Assembly: GCA_963705185.1 (NCBI GenBank)
Contig: CAVPJF010000033.1
Coordinates: 145,894 to 209,893 of the forward strand
Direction: 5' to 3'
DNA from: an uncultured Bacteroidales bacterium
GTDB lineage: Bacteria; Bacteroidota; Bacteroidia; Bacteroidales; JAADJA01
DNA length: 64,000 nucleotides
The translations under genes were made by a program, and so were the position numbers. Shown here one piece after another: positions 19,361 to 29,748 of the stretch. Position 1 is the stretch's first letter. Every line of letters starts with the position of its first letter. Under the pieces are notes generated by a model. That model searched no databases. It saw only the letters and a program-made list of their open reading frames with translations, and had not been told where the DNA came from.

Positions 19361-20707
19361 ATGTTTGAAGGACTTTCAGATAAGCTGGAACGATCATTTA
19401 AGATTCTTAAGGGGCACGGACATATCACTGAGATCAATGTAGCGGAAACCCTGAAAGAAGTTAGGAAAGCATTATTGGATGCTGACGTTAATTTTAAAAT
19501 TGCAAAGCAATTTACCGATACAGTTAAAGATAAGGCCATTGGCCAAAAGATTTTAACCTCAGTTTCACCGGGTCAGCTCATGGTTAAAATCGTGCATGAT
19601 GAACTTGCTGAGCTTATGGGCTCGCAATCGTCAGAAATCAACATTAAAGGAAGTCCTGCAACTATTCTTATTGCCGGTTTGCAAGGTTCGGGAAAAACTA
19701 CTTTTTCTGCAAAACTTGCCAATTACCTGAAATCGAAAAAGGGCAGAAATCCATTGTTGGTGGCCTGCGACATTTATCGTCCGGCTGCTATCAACCAGTT
19801 GAAAGTCCTGGGAGAACAAATAGCAGTTAAAGTTTATACCGAAGAAGAAAATAAGAGCCCGGTAAAAATAGCTAAAAACGCCATTGCTCATGCGAAAGAA
19901 TATGGGTATAACCTTATTATCATTGATACTGCTGGCCGTCTTGCCATTGATGAAGATATGATGGATGAAATTGCTAATATCAAACAAGCAGTTAATCCAC
20001 AGGAAATATTATTTGTGGTCGATTCCATGACCGGCCAGGATGCGGTGAATACGGCTAAAGCATTTAATGACCGGCTGAATTATGACGGAGTTGTCTTAAC
20101 CAAGCTTGATGGCGATACCCGGGGTGGGGCAGCGTTAACCATCCGTGCTGTAGTCGACAAACCAATCAAGTTTGTTGGAATTGGTGAGAAAATGGATGCT
20201 ATTGATGTCTTTCATCCAAGCCGGATGGCTGATAGGATTCTTGGGATGGGTGACATTGTTTCGCTGGTAGAGAGAGCCCAGGAGCAGTTTGATGTTGAAG
20301 ATGCCCGGAAGATTCAGAAAAAAATAGCCAGGAACCAGTTCAACTTTAACGACTTCCTGAACCAGATAAAACAAATCAAGAAAATGGGTAATGTGAAAGA
20401 CCTGATGGGCATGATTCCCGGCGTTGGAAAAGCCATTAAAAATATGGATATCGACGACGATGCCTTTAAAGGAATTGAAGCAATTATCCATTCTATGACG
20501 CCAGAAGAACGGGAAGATCCAAAAGTTATGAATGGAAGTCGCCGAAAGAGAATTGCCAAAGGAAGTGGCTCTGATATTCAGGAAGTAAACCAGTTGATCA
20601 AGCAATTTGAAGAAACCCAGAAAATGATGAAGATGATGTCGGGAGGGAAAGGAAAGAACCTGATGAGAGCAATGGCAAATATGAACAAGATGCCCGGAAG
20701 GAAGTGA
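19361..20707 (+). CDS. ffh: Signal recognition particle protein Ffh
   Basis: 448 aa. GLQGSGKTT, DTAGR, KLDGDTRGGAALT and a Met-rich C-terminal M domain. Confidence 0.97.
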   Translation: MFEGLSDKLERSFKILKGHGHITEINVAETLKEVRKALLDADVNFKIAKQFTDTVKDKAIGQKILTSVSPGQLMVKIVHDELAELMGSQSSEINIKGSPATILIAGLQGSGKTTFSAKLANYLKSKKGRNPLLVACDIYRPAAINQLKVLGEQIAVKVYTEEENKSPVKIAKNAIAHAKEYGYNLIIIDTAGRLAIDEDMMDEIANIKQAVNPQEILFVVDSMTGQDAVNTAKAFNDRLNYDGVVLTKLDGDTRGGAALTIRAVVDKPIKFVGIGEKMDAIDVFHPSRMADRILGMGDIVSLVERAQEQFDVEDARKIQKKIARNQFNFNDFLNQIKQIKKMGNVKDLMGMIPGVGKAIKNMDIDDDAFKGIEAIIHSMTPEEREDPKVMNGSRRKRIAKGSGSDIQEVNQLIKQFEETQKMMKMMSGGKGKNLMRAMANMNKMPGRK

Positions 20708-20789
20708 GTTGCTGAATTGTTTGCAAAAGGCATCCCTTCGGGAGAACTGCTGAATTGTTGAAGGTTAAATAAAACTTGAATTACTTTTC

Positions 20790-21671
20790 ATGAAAATTAT
20801 AGATGGTAAAGAAATAGCACGGCAAATTAAATTAGAAATTGCTGCTGAGGTAGCTGCAATTATTGATGATGGGAATGATGGACCGCATTTGGCAGCCATT
20901 CTTGTTGGCGATGATTCTGCCAGTCAGACCTATGTCAGCGGCAAGGAGAAAGCCTGCAAGGAGGTTGGTATTATTTCATCCTTGTATAAACTTCCGGAAT
21001 CGGTTTCTGAAAAAGAATTGCTTGAAGTCATCGATTACCTTAACAATGATGACCATATCAGTGGATTTATCGTTCAATTACCTTTGCCAAAACACATTGA
21101 TGAAAAAAAGATGATCTGCCGAATAAATCCGGCTAAAGACATTGATGGTTTTCATCCTGAAAATTTCGGCCGGATGGCGTTAAACCTGCCGGCCTATATT
21201 CCTGCAACACCTTATGGAATTATGCAACTTATCGAGCGCTATAAAATCGAAACTTCCGGAAAAAATTGCGTTGTGCTTGGCAGAAGTCATATAGTAGGAT
21301 CACCAGTGAGTATTTTATTATCCAGAAAAGCTTATCCCGGAGATGCAACAGTAACTGTTTGCCACAGCCGAACACCCAATCTGAAAGATATTTCTAAAAA
21401 TGCCGATATCCTAATCGTCGCGATGGGACAACCCGAATTTGTTACAAAAGATATGGTAAAGGAGGGTGCAGTGGTGATTGATGTGGGTATTCACCGGATT
21501 CCTTCTGAATCATCAAAATCAGGTTACAAGCTTATAGGTGATGTAAAATTTGATGAGGTTTCAAAAAAAGCCTCCTTCATAACTCCGGTTCCCGGAGGAG
21601 TAGGGCCAATGACAATTGCTGCCCTCCTGATGAATACTTTGAAGGCTTACAAGAAAGAGATTTATTCATGA
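20790..21671 (+). CDS. folD: Bifunctional methylenetetrahydrofolate dehydrogenase/methenyl-THF cyclohydrolase
   Basis: 293 aa. PHLAAILVGDDSASQTYV..K..A, VQLPLP and PVPGGVGPMT motifs. Confidence 0.95.
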   Translation: MKIIDGKEIARQIKLEIAAEVAAIIDDGNDGPHLAAILVGDDSASQTYVSGKEKACKEVGIISSLYKLPESVSEKELLEVIDYLNNDDHISGFIVQLPLPKHIDEKKMICRINPAKDIDGFHPENFGRMALNLPAYIPATPYGIMQLIERYKIETSGKNCVVLGRSHIVGSPVSILLSRKAYPGDATVTVCHSRTPNLKDISKNADILIVAMGQPEFVTKDMVKEGAVVIDVGIHRIPSESSKSGYKLIGDVKFDEVSKKASFITPVPGGVGPMTIAALLMNTLKAYKKEIYS

Positions 21672-21716
21672 TTTATGTCAGTATAGAAATTTAGGTATTT
21701 TATCTTAAAATCAAAT

Positions 21717-22640
21717 ATGAAATTTTTCCAAAGTAGCTTTCTGGTATTTCTGCTCCTTTCTATTTCTTCCTATTTTCTCTATTCACAGCAGACAACAGAA
21801 CTTTATACGATAGTGGAGTTCCCGGCTATGCCTGCTAAATACTGTGATCTGGAAGAAGATATGAAAGAAACCTCCGGTATAATATATTTTGGTGGCAGTG
21901 TTTGGACCATCAATGACAGTGGGGGAGAACCTGAAATTTATAAAATCGACAAAACAACCGGAACTGTCATTCAAAAAGTAATCATACTGAATGGTTCAAA
22001 CAGGGATTGGGAAGATATCACACAGGATGACGACTTTATTTATGTCGGCGATTTTGGCAATAACAATGGAAACCGCGCCGACCTGAAAATCTTTAAGGTT
22101 CCGAAAAGTGAAATCACCGGTAAAAAGAAAGTGGAAGTAAATGCTGAAATAATTGGTTTATCTTATAATGATCAGAAATCATTTTCAGAAAGTAAGCATC
22201 ACCATAATTTTGATTGCGAATCATTGATTTCATTTGGCGACTCCCTGATTATTTTTTCGAAGAACTGGGCGGATGGAAAAACAAGAATGTATAAAATGCC
22301 TAAAATTCCCGGACAATACCAACTTGATCCGCTCGACACCTTTGATGCTGATGGCCTTGTTACCGGAGCAGATTATAATAAGGATTCGAAAAAGCTGGTT
22401 TTAATCGGATACAAAAATCGTTTACCTTTTATCTATTATTTCAGCAATTTTACTGGCAGAAAATTTGATAGTGACCAGGTTTACCGTTTTAATCTCAATA
22501 AAATGAAAGACTCCCAGACAGAAGGTATTGCCTGGCTGAATGATGAAACAATCATTTTTTCAACTGAACAAACAAAATCGTTTTCCCAGCAGGTATTTGA
22601 ATTAAATTTCCAAAGCGTATTTAAGCTTATCGGCGAATGA
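21717..22640 (+). CDS. Secreted hypothetical protein, beta-propeller-like (possible SdiA-regulated/YjiK-like fold)
   Basis: 307 aa with a signal peptide. ETSGIIYFGGSVWTINDSGGEPEIYKID and EDITQDDDFIYVGDFGNN patterns. Family assignment is tentative. Confidence 0.6.
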   Translation: MKFFQSSFLVFLLLSISSYFLYSQQTTELYTIVEFPAMPAKYCDLEEDMKETSGIIYFGGSVWTINDSGGEPEIYKIDKTTGTVIQKVIILNGSNRDWEDITQDDDFIYVGDFGNNNGNRADLKIFKVPKSEITGKKKVEVNAEIIGLSYNDQKSFSESKHHHNFDCESLISFGDSLIIFSKNWADGKTRMYKMPKIPGQYQLDPLDTFDADGLVTGADYNKDSKKLVLIGYKNRLPFIYYFSNFTGRKFDSDQVYRFNLNKMKDSQTEGIAWLNDETIIFSTEQTKSFSQQVFELNFQSVFKLIGE

Positions 22641-23263
22641 CGGAGAATGAGCAATTAGAAAAAGGATTAGCTCTCCCATTGATGGAAGACTTTTATACAT
22701 TGCAGGGAGAAGGATTTCAAACCGGTAAAGCATCTTACTTTTTGCGTATTGGCGGCTGTGATGTAGGCTGCAGCTGGTGTGATGTAAAGGAATCATGGAA
22801 TGCATCCTTGTGGCCCTTGACGGAATCTGATGAAATTGTTAGACGAGTGTTGGATTGCCCGGCGAAATCAGTTGTCATTACCGGCGGAGAGCCACTCATG
22901 TATAACCTGGATTACTTATGCGCTGAACTAAAGAAAAATGGGTTTCAGATTTTTCTGGAAACTTCAGGTTCGCATCCTTTAACGGGTAAGTGGGATTGGA
23001 TTTGTCTTTCTCCAAAGAAATTTAGTCCGCCATTACCGGAAATTTATACCAAAGCAGACGAGTATAAAGTTATCATTCAGTCGAAAGGGGATTTTGAATG
23101 GGCTGAAAAAAATACGGGCAGATTAAGGTCGGATTGCATGTTGTTTTTGCAACCGGAATGGAGTGTAAGGGATATCATAATGGAACCAGTCATTGAATAC
23201 GTAAAAGCTAATCCAAAGTGGAGAATATCATTGCAAAGTCACAAATACATGAGGATTCCCTAA
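22637..23263 (+). CDS. queE: 7-carboxy-7-deazaguanine synthase (radical SAM)
   Basis: 208 aa. TLQGEG...FLRIGGCDVGCSWCD (Cx3Cx2C cluster). The start overlaps the upstream stop (ATGA). Confidence 0.85.
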   Translation: MTENEQLEKGLALPLMEDFYTLQGEGFQTGKASYFLRIGGCDVGCSWCDVKESWNASLWPLTESDEIVRRVLDCPAKSVVITGGEPLMYNLDYLCAELKKNGFQIFLETSGSHPLTGKWDWICLSPKKFSPPLPEIYTKADEYKVIIQSKGDFEWAEKNTGRLRSDCMLFLQPEWSVRDIIMEPVIEYVKANPKWRISLQSHKYMRIP

Positions 23264-23267
23264 AGAA

Positions 23268-23324
23268 GTTCAAAGTTGAAAGGTTCAAAGTTTAAAGTTG
23301 AAGTGCAAATTTCAAGTTTCAAAT
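23268..23324 (+). repeat. Degenerate heptad array, consensus GTTCAAA, about 8 units
   Basis: GTTCAAA GTTGAAA (G)GTTCAAA GTTTAAA GTTGAAG TGCAAAT TTCAAGT TTCAAAT, read directly from the sequence. Confidence 0.8.
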
Positions 23325-25279
23325 ATCCAATTATATGCCATTAAAAATTCAGGGTTGTTTTATTTTTTGCATTTCTTATCCTGTACTCCTTTAATTCTCC
23401 ACTCACAGGAAGAGCTTTCAACAAAATCAAAAAAGGCAAAACAATATTACGAAGCAGGTGAACAATTGCTGCAACAACAAAAAATTGCCGAAGCAAAACT
23501 CAATTTTCAGCAAGCCATTGATGAAGATCCTGATTTTTATGAGGCTTACATGATGATGGGTGAAATTTGCGAACACGAAAAAAACGATTCTGTTGCTGTT
23601 GTGGTTTATAAAAAAGCTGTTGAACTTGATCCTGATCGTTTTCCTGCAGCTTTTCAAATACTTGCAGACATTGAATACAAAAATGGCTGGTACCAGGATG
23701 CCGTGGTTCATTACCAGAAATATCTGAGCTATGAAGGAACTCATGGTGCATCTCAGATCAAAGCTGAAAAGCATCTGGCCAATTGTGAATTTGCTATTAA
23801 TGCAATGCGGAATCCTGTACCCTTTGCTCCAATTAACCTGGGACAAAATGTGAATACAGCGTTTAATGAATATTTTCCCTGTCTTACCGCTGACAATCAA
23901 ACCCTTTTGTTTACAAGACTTCTGCAAGATACCAGGTCAATAACTGGACGCCAGGAAGATTTCTTTGTCAGTATTTACAAAGAGGGCTGGCAGTCTTCAT
24001 CAGAACTCGGACCGCCAATTAATACGGTATACAATGAAGGTGCGCCAACCCTTTCAGCAGATGGTAATATTCTCATTTTTACTGCTTGTGAAAGTATAGA
24101 AGGATATGGTGTCGGCCGTAAAGGATTTGGTAGGTGTGATTTGTTCGTGTCTAAGAAGTCGGGAAATAACTGGTTGGAGCCTTATAACCTTGGAGCTCCT
24201 ATTAGTTCACGTGCCTGGGAATCGCAGCCTTCTATTTCATCCGATGGCAGAACCTTGTATTTTGTCAGCAACCGGAATAACGATTATGACATCTGGTATT
24301 CGAGTGTGAATAATCAAGGAGTATGGTCTGACCCAGTTAAACTCGGACCAAATATTAATACAGATGGTTATGAAGGATCTGTGTTTATCCATCCCGATAA
24401 CCAAACTTTGTACTTTTCGTCAGATGGCCATGTGGGAATGGGTGGTTTGGATATTTTTATGTCAAGAAAGGATAGCGTCGGACAATGGGGACCACCTGTA
24501 AACCTTGGATATCCGATTAATTCATTTAAGGATGATAACAGCATCCTCATCAGTGCCGGTGGGGAACTGGCTATGTTTGCTTCCGACCGGAATGATGGCT
24601 ACGGCGGGCTTGATTTGTATTCTTTTATTCTATATAAAGAAGCCCGCCCGCAAGTTGTAACTTATATGAAAGGTACAGTCTTCGACAGGAATACCGGTGA
24701 AAAACTCGATGCACACTTTGAACTTACTAATCTGAAAACAGGCCTTGTTGCCATCGAATCATTCTCCAATAAAACAACAGGAGATTTCCTGGTTTGCCTC
24801 CCGGCGAATAATGAATATGCGCTTACTGTTTCGAAAGACGGATATTTATTTTATTCTGAAAATTTCAATCTTACCGGTGAAAATCCTTCAACCGATCCTG
24901 TCCTGAAGGATGTTCCTCTTGAACCCCTTGAAACTGGCGCAAAAGTGATCATGAAAAATGTGTTTTTCGAAACCGATCATTACGATTTAATGGAAGAATC
25001 GAAAGATTGAACTGAATAAACTTATTGATCTTTTGAATAAAAATTCTGCCAGTTAAGATCGAGATTGGAGGACATACCGATAATATCGGTAAGCATGAAT
25101 ACAACGTGACACTCTCTGAAAACAGGGCAAAAGCAGTTATTACTTACCTTACAGAAAATGGAATCGCTTCTGACCGTTTAAGCTTTAAAGGATATGGTGA
25201 AACCCAGCCTGTCGACACCAATGAAACCGAAGAGGGCAGGGCCAATAACCGGAGGACTGAGTTTAAAGTAGTGGAATAA
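23298..25279 (+). CDS. TPR plus TolB-like beta-propeller repeats plus C-terminal OmpA-family domain protein; two frame breaks at about 25005 and 25050; start uncertain
   Basis: TPR region (YYEAGEQLLQQQKIAEA..., AVVVYKKAVELDPD). Repeated WD40-like 'ISSDGRTLYFVSNR' units. C-terminus IEIGGHTDNIGKHEYNVTLSENRAKAV...NRRTEFKVVE is OmpA-like. The track start is a TTG inside the heptad array; the ATG at 23336 would need another indel. Confidence 0.8.
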
Positions 25280-25295
25280 ATTTAATGAATGCACA

Positions 25296-25751
25296 ATGAA
25301 ATCAGTAATGCTAATTTGGACGAAAGCTATTTTAATGATCAGCCTCACGCAATTGAGTGACTGCCAGGGACAGTCAAAGGATACTTCGGATATTCAGGGT
25401 CAGATTATATTATCGACAGACAGGGAATCATACACAAAGTCAGATACCATCAGGCTGCTTCTGGAAAATGGTTCGGCTTATGAAATTGGGGTAGGACTCA
25501 GATGCAGCAATTACCTGGAGATGTCCTATCGGAAGAAAGAAATTCAGAATTGGAGCGATAATCTCTGGCTTCCATATATGTCTCTGAAGTGTCCCACTCT
25601 ATTGAATACAATCAAAGCCGGAGCAATCTTCACAAATTCATTACCAGCAGAAATGTTCAACTCAACGGGAACATTTATTCTGCAGGTAGATGTTTCACTA
25701 TTTCCAGACTCTACTCTTACTGTGGTTTCAAATTCCTTTCAGATAAAGTAG
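25296..25751 (+). CDS. Hypothetical secreted protein
   Basis: 151-aa ORF with a hydrophobic N-terminus. No family recognised. Confidence 0.45.
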   Translation: MKSVMLIWTKAILMISLTQLSDCQGQSKDTSDIQGQIILSTDRESYTKSDTIRLLLENGSAYEIGVGLRCSNYLEMSYRKKEIQNWSDNLWLPYMSLKCPTLLNTIKAGAIFTNSLPAEMFNSTGTFILQVDVSLFPDSTLTVVSNSFQIK

Positions 25752-25871
25752 GGAAATGCCATCAGGGGAAATATCGCCCACTCTAAAAATAAAGGAAACT
25801 TAATCTTTTAAGTCATATTGTTTCCGCATTTTCAGGAATGCAATTGCGGCTCTTAAAACATTCCTGCGAAA

Positions 25872-25896
25872 GTCTGCCCGACAACTGTCGGCAGAC
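25872..25896 (-). terminator. GC-rich hairpin, probable osmC terminator
   Basis: GTCTGC(C)CGAC-AACT-GTCGGCAGAC, 10 bp with one bulge, 37 nt downstream of the osmC stop. Only a short T3 tract follows. Confidence 0.4.
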
Positions 25897-25932
25897 AGTG
25901 ACGGAAAGGCCGGAATCCAATAAAATCTCCTG

Positions 25933-26343
25933 TTAATTTAGCTGGGCTGAAACTGTGATATTCGTATTCAATAGTTTTGAGATGGGGCAGTTCTGCTCGG
26001 CATCTTTCACCAATTCGTCGAACTTAGCCTTGTCAATTCCTTTAACCTTGGCTTTTAAATCCAAATGCGAATTGATGATGGCACCATTTTCAAAGTTAAT
26101 GGCGCAGGTGGTTTCAAGGTTGTCCGGGACAAATCCTGCTGCTGTCAGGTTGAAACTCAGCTTCATGGTAAAACAACCGGCATGTGCCGCTGCTACCAAT
26201 TCTTCGGGGTTGGTACCGATGCCTTCTTCAAAACGTGAAGTAAATGAATACTGGGTTTTGCTTAAAACACCACTCTGCGTCGAAAGGTGTCCTTTGCCTT
26301 CCTTACCTGTTCCCTGCCATACGGCTGTTGCTTTTCTCTTCAT
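25933..26343 (-). CDS. osmC: OsmC family peroxiredoxin
   Basis: 136 aa. TNPEELVAAAHAGCFTM and NCPISK carry the two conserved Cys contexts. Confidence 0.9.
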   Translation of the reverse strand: MKRKATAVWQGTGKEGKGHLSTQSGVLSKTQYSFTSRFEEGIGTNPEELVAAAHAGCFTMKLSFNLTAAGFVPDNLETTCAINFENGAIINSHLDLKAKVKGIDKAKFDELVKDAEQNCPISKLLNTNITVSAQLN

Positions 26344-26407
26344 TGTTTTTATTGTTAAAAATTTGACATTTAGTTTTATAAATAATTTTCGGACACTAAA
26401 ATAGTGG

Positions 26408-27328
26408 TTAATTCATTACATGTACATTCGCAAATGTCCTTTTAATGCCTTTATGGTATTTTACACTTGGATAACCCATAATGACGATCAATCCTTCTCT
26501 GCTTGGGTATTTAATACCATATTTTTCACGGAATTTTTTGGCCGCTTTTCCTTTTTGAATAAAAGGATGAACGCCACCAAGCATACAGGTTCCCAATCCC
26601 AATGACTCGGCTGCGATCATGGCATAGGTTGCAGCAATAATCGGATCGGCCGGATCACAATAGGGTGAACCATAAAAATACATGGCAACCGGGGCGTCGT
26701 AAGTGACATGATTTTGACCGGCTTTCATCGAATGGATGTATCCATGAACCAGCGGTCGCAGAAATCCCCTGAACATTTCATCGCCTGCTTTTCCCCAGAA
26801 GGGGCGCATGATGGCAAGAAATGGTTTGGAAACGAAGAACTTGATCTTTTCGAGATACTTGCAATAGTCGTCTGCAAACTGCCTCACTTTTTCCTTTGAG
26901 CCAAGCACAGTCACTCCAACATCAGAAGGCGGCAATCCCATAGGTGCAGTTTTTGATGCCTCAAGTACTTTGTCGATCAGTTCCTGCTCAACAGGTTTGT
27001 CTTTGAATTCCCTAATGCTTCTCCTTCGTTTGTAAAGGTTCAGAATAGATTCGTAGTCCGCTGCAGATTCTTTTTCTGGCAGGGGGAACAGATCGTTGAC
27101 CGAAGTAAAGCGTCCTTCAATGGTGATTGCGTCCTGCGGGCAAATAGCCATGCAATGCCCGCATCCGATGCAGCCAAAAAAAGGTGTTCCTGATGTATGG
27201 GCTTTACCATCTTTCATTACAATGCTGAAGTCTTTGCACACGTCAACACATAAACCACATCCATTGCATTTTTCCTGGTCAATGGTAATCCGGGCGGCTT
27301 CTTTTGTTCTTGAGGTTGGAATTGCCAT
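26408..27328 (-). CDS. Nitroreductase-family protein with N-terminal 2x[4Fe-4S] ferredoxin domain
   Basis: 306 aa. CNGCGLCVDVCK and CIGCGHCMAICP, then RRSIREFKDKPV nitroreductase fold. Confidence 0.8.
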   Translation of the reverse strand: MAIPTSRTKEAARITIDQEKCNGCGLCVDVCKDFSIVMKDGKAHTSGTPFFGCIGCGHCMAICPQDAITIEGRFTSVNDLFPLPEKESAADYESILNLYKRRRSIREFKDKPVEQELIDKVLEASKTAPMGLPPSDVGVTVLGSKEKVRQFADDYCKYLEKIKFFVSKPFLAIMRPFWGKAGDEMFRGFLRPLVHGYIHSMKAGQNHVTYDAPVAMYFYGSPYCDPADPIIAATYAMIAAESLGLGTCMLGGVHPFIQKGKAAKKFREKYGIKYPSREGLIVIMGYPSVKYHKGIKRTFANVHVMN

Positions 27329-27420
27329 AATTTATTCGTTTTTACCAATAAATGAAATCATGCGTTTATACATTTAAATTAATTACAAAAATATTTAAGC
27401 ATGTGCATGTTGTGAAATAA

Positions 27421-28117
27421 TTAATTAAAAATCTCTACCCGCCAGTCGCCCGGCTCACTGATTTTAAATTCAAAGATGGCATAGATTTGCTGTGTACGGA
27501 GTTTGTTCCATGTTGTATAATTTACTTTGATCACCACAGGGAAATTGATATTTTCATAGCCTATTAAATAACCAAGATTTGTTTCGGTTCCGCTATTGGA
27601 AGAAATCAGCAGGTTGGTAATACCGGTATTTCTCATTCCATTTTGCTGGAAATCAATCAAAACTCTGTTTAAAATATCTCCCTGCTTGTAAATGTTGTAC
27701 CGGTCAATGCTTGTTTTTGAGATCACCTCTGGTTCTTTTGGTTTGGGACCAAGGTATCTGTCATTTTCCCATAAACCGGAAACGATGGTATCTTTTTCGC
27801 TGACTTTAAATTTTAATTCACCTTCACCTTCCCGAATTCCATTTTTCCAGTCACCCGTGTAGTTGTCGCCGTTGGCCCATGTATAAGAGCCTTTTCCCCA
27901 GGGCAAGCCTTCTTTGAATTGACCTTCATAAGTATCTGTCCCTACCGATTTTCCTTTGCCATCTGCCAGCCCTTTTTTACATTTGCCGGTATAGGTACCG
28001 CTGATTTCGGGTTTAAGAACCTTGCATTCCTCCTGTGCGACAAGGAGATTTATTAAACCTGATAGTGCCGAAAAGAATCACAAAGCTAACATTGATTTTT
28101 ACCAGTAAATTTTTCAT
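27421..28117 (-). CDS. MORN-repeat secreted protein; one frame break in the signal peptide
   Basis: YTGKCKKGLADGKGKSV..YEGQFKEGLPWGKGSYTWANGDNYTGDWKNGIREGEG MORN repeats. The break maps to an A4 run at 28071-28074. Confidence 0.7.
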
Positions 28118-28143
28118 GATTATATGTTTTTGGTTAGATCATT

Positions 28144-29537
28144 TTATTTACCGATCATCTTAGGATCAAATTTCAAAGCAGCTTCCCGGTCAAATTCATT
28201 TTCCCACCGGGCAATCACAGCGGTAGCAAGGCAATTCCCAATTACATTAACGGAAGTTCGCGCCATATCCATCAATTCGTCAATTCCAAGTATAATGAAA
28301 ATGGGCCAAACGGGTAAACCAAAATTTGCAGCAGTTGCCAGCAGGATTACAAGCGATGCGCGGGGCACCCCGGCAACACCTTTGCTGGTCAGCATCAGTG
28401 TAAATACAATTACCAGTTGCTTTTCGAAAGAAAGATGGATACCCGTGATCTGTGCAATAAAAATCGTTGCAAGTGAAAGATAAAGCGTTGTGCCGTCGAG
28501 GTTGAAGCTGTATCCCGTAGGCATAACAAAGGCAACTATTTTGCGCGGTACACCAAATTTCTCCATTGCTTCCATGGCAATGGGTAAAGCTGATTCACTG
28601 CTTGTGGTTGCAAAGGCAATGGACGCAGGCTCCGAAACAGCCCGGATAAAATTGCGGATTGGGATTTTTAAAAACAGAGCAATAGGCAGAAGCACAAGGA
28701 GCAGGAAAATTATAAGCGCCACATAGAGGGTCATGAGCAATTTAAAAAGATTGAACAGAATATCAAGCCCCATGTGCCCGACAGAATATGCAATAGCTGC
28801 AAAAACCGCCACGGGCGCAAAATACATGATGAGATTGGTAAATTTAAACATCGTTTCAGCAAGACTTTCCGCAAACCGCAGCATAGAAGTTTTGTGCTTT
28901 TCTTTCAGCATGGCAACTGCTATTCCGAAAATGATGCTGAATATCACAATTTGCAGTACCTGCCCTTCATAAACAGCTTTTGCAATATTTTCGGGAAAGA
29001 CATGAAGAATGATCTCCTGGGTCGTTTGCTTTTTAACTTCCGGCATAGCAGATTGTTCCGCACCATCCGGCAAATTGACACCAACACCGGCTTTACTTAG
29101 ATTAATAGCAGCGAGCCCTATAAAGAGAGCGATGGTTGATACAATTTCAAAATAAACAATGGATTTCCAGCCCATTCTGCCTACCTGCTTAAGATTCGAA
29201 TGGCCGGCAATACCAACTACAAGGGTAGCAAAAAGCAAGGGAGCAATAATCGTTTTTACCAGATTCAGAAAAATTTTGCTGAACAATTGCAGGTTCAATG
29301 GAATTCAGGAAGGTCATATCCGAATTCTGCTCCCACTATCATACTAATAAGAATCCAGGTAGTAAGATTCTTTTTGATAAAAGCATAAAAAATGATTACT
29401 GCAATCGTGAGCCAACGTAGCACTAAATTCAGGATTCCGGGAACGTCGGCGATATGGTAAATTGAAATTACATGGGTAAAGGCGGTGATGGTGATCATCA
29501 CCAGCAGGGTAAGCAGGATTGTCCTTGGCTTAAACAT
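28144..29537 (-). CDS. Dicarboxylate/amino acid:cation symporter (DAACS/GltP family); one frame break near 29300
   Basis: TIIAPLLFATLVVGIAG, MPTGYSFNLDGTTLY, ARTSVNVIGNCLAT. An extra N-terminal TM segment is encoded by 29295..29537. The break is at a GG run (29300-29301). Confidence 0.85.
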
Positions 29538-29748
29538 TTGTTTACTTTAAAAATTAAAGTTAACCGTCCGGCAAAAGTATGAAAACAACCCAAACAATAA
29601 CCAACAGTTATTTTAGAAATCTGAAATTATATTACAAGAAGACCAACACTCATCGGGATCCATTAAAACTTATTTTATAATTTTATGCCTTTAAGTTTTA
29701 CTCCTGAAAGATTGTTGTAATTTGCAAAGCCTTTTAGAATAGTGCAGG

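Noticed and set aside
25834-25865. AGGAATG ... CATTCCT hairpin (7-bp stem, 18-nt loop) next to the GC-rich hairpin at 25872-25896, considered as a small structured RNA or riboswitch.
   Set aside because: It lies between convergent genes, where terminator hairpins are expected. It has no downstream gene to regulate and I recognise no conserved riboswitch core.
25955-26404. Long plus-strand ORF (149 aa) opposite osmC. Similar antisense ORFs occur at 28124-29388 (opposite gltP), 48234-49083 (opposite nhaA), 54261-55302 (opposite the spmAB-like gene), 11847-12178 (opposite xdhB) and 19631-20605 (opposite ffh).
   Set aside because: They lie entirely inside strongly supported genes on the other strand and have low-complexity or odd composition with no recognisable motifs. 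These are typical shadow ORFs.
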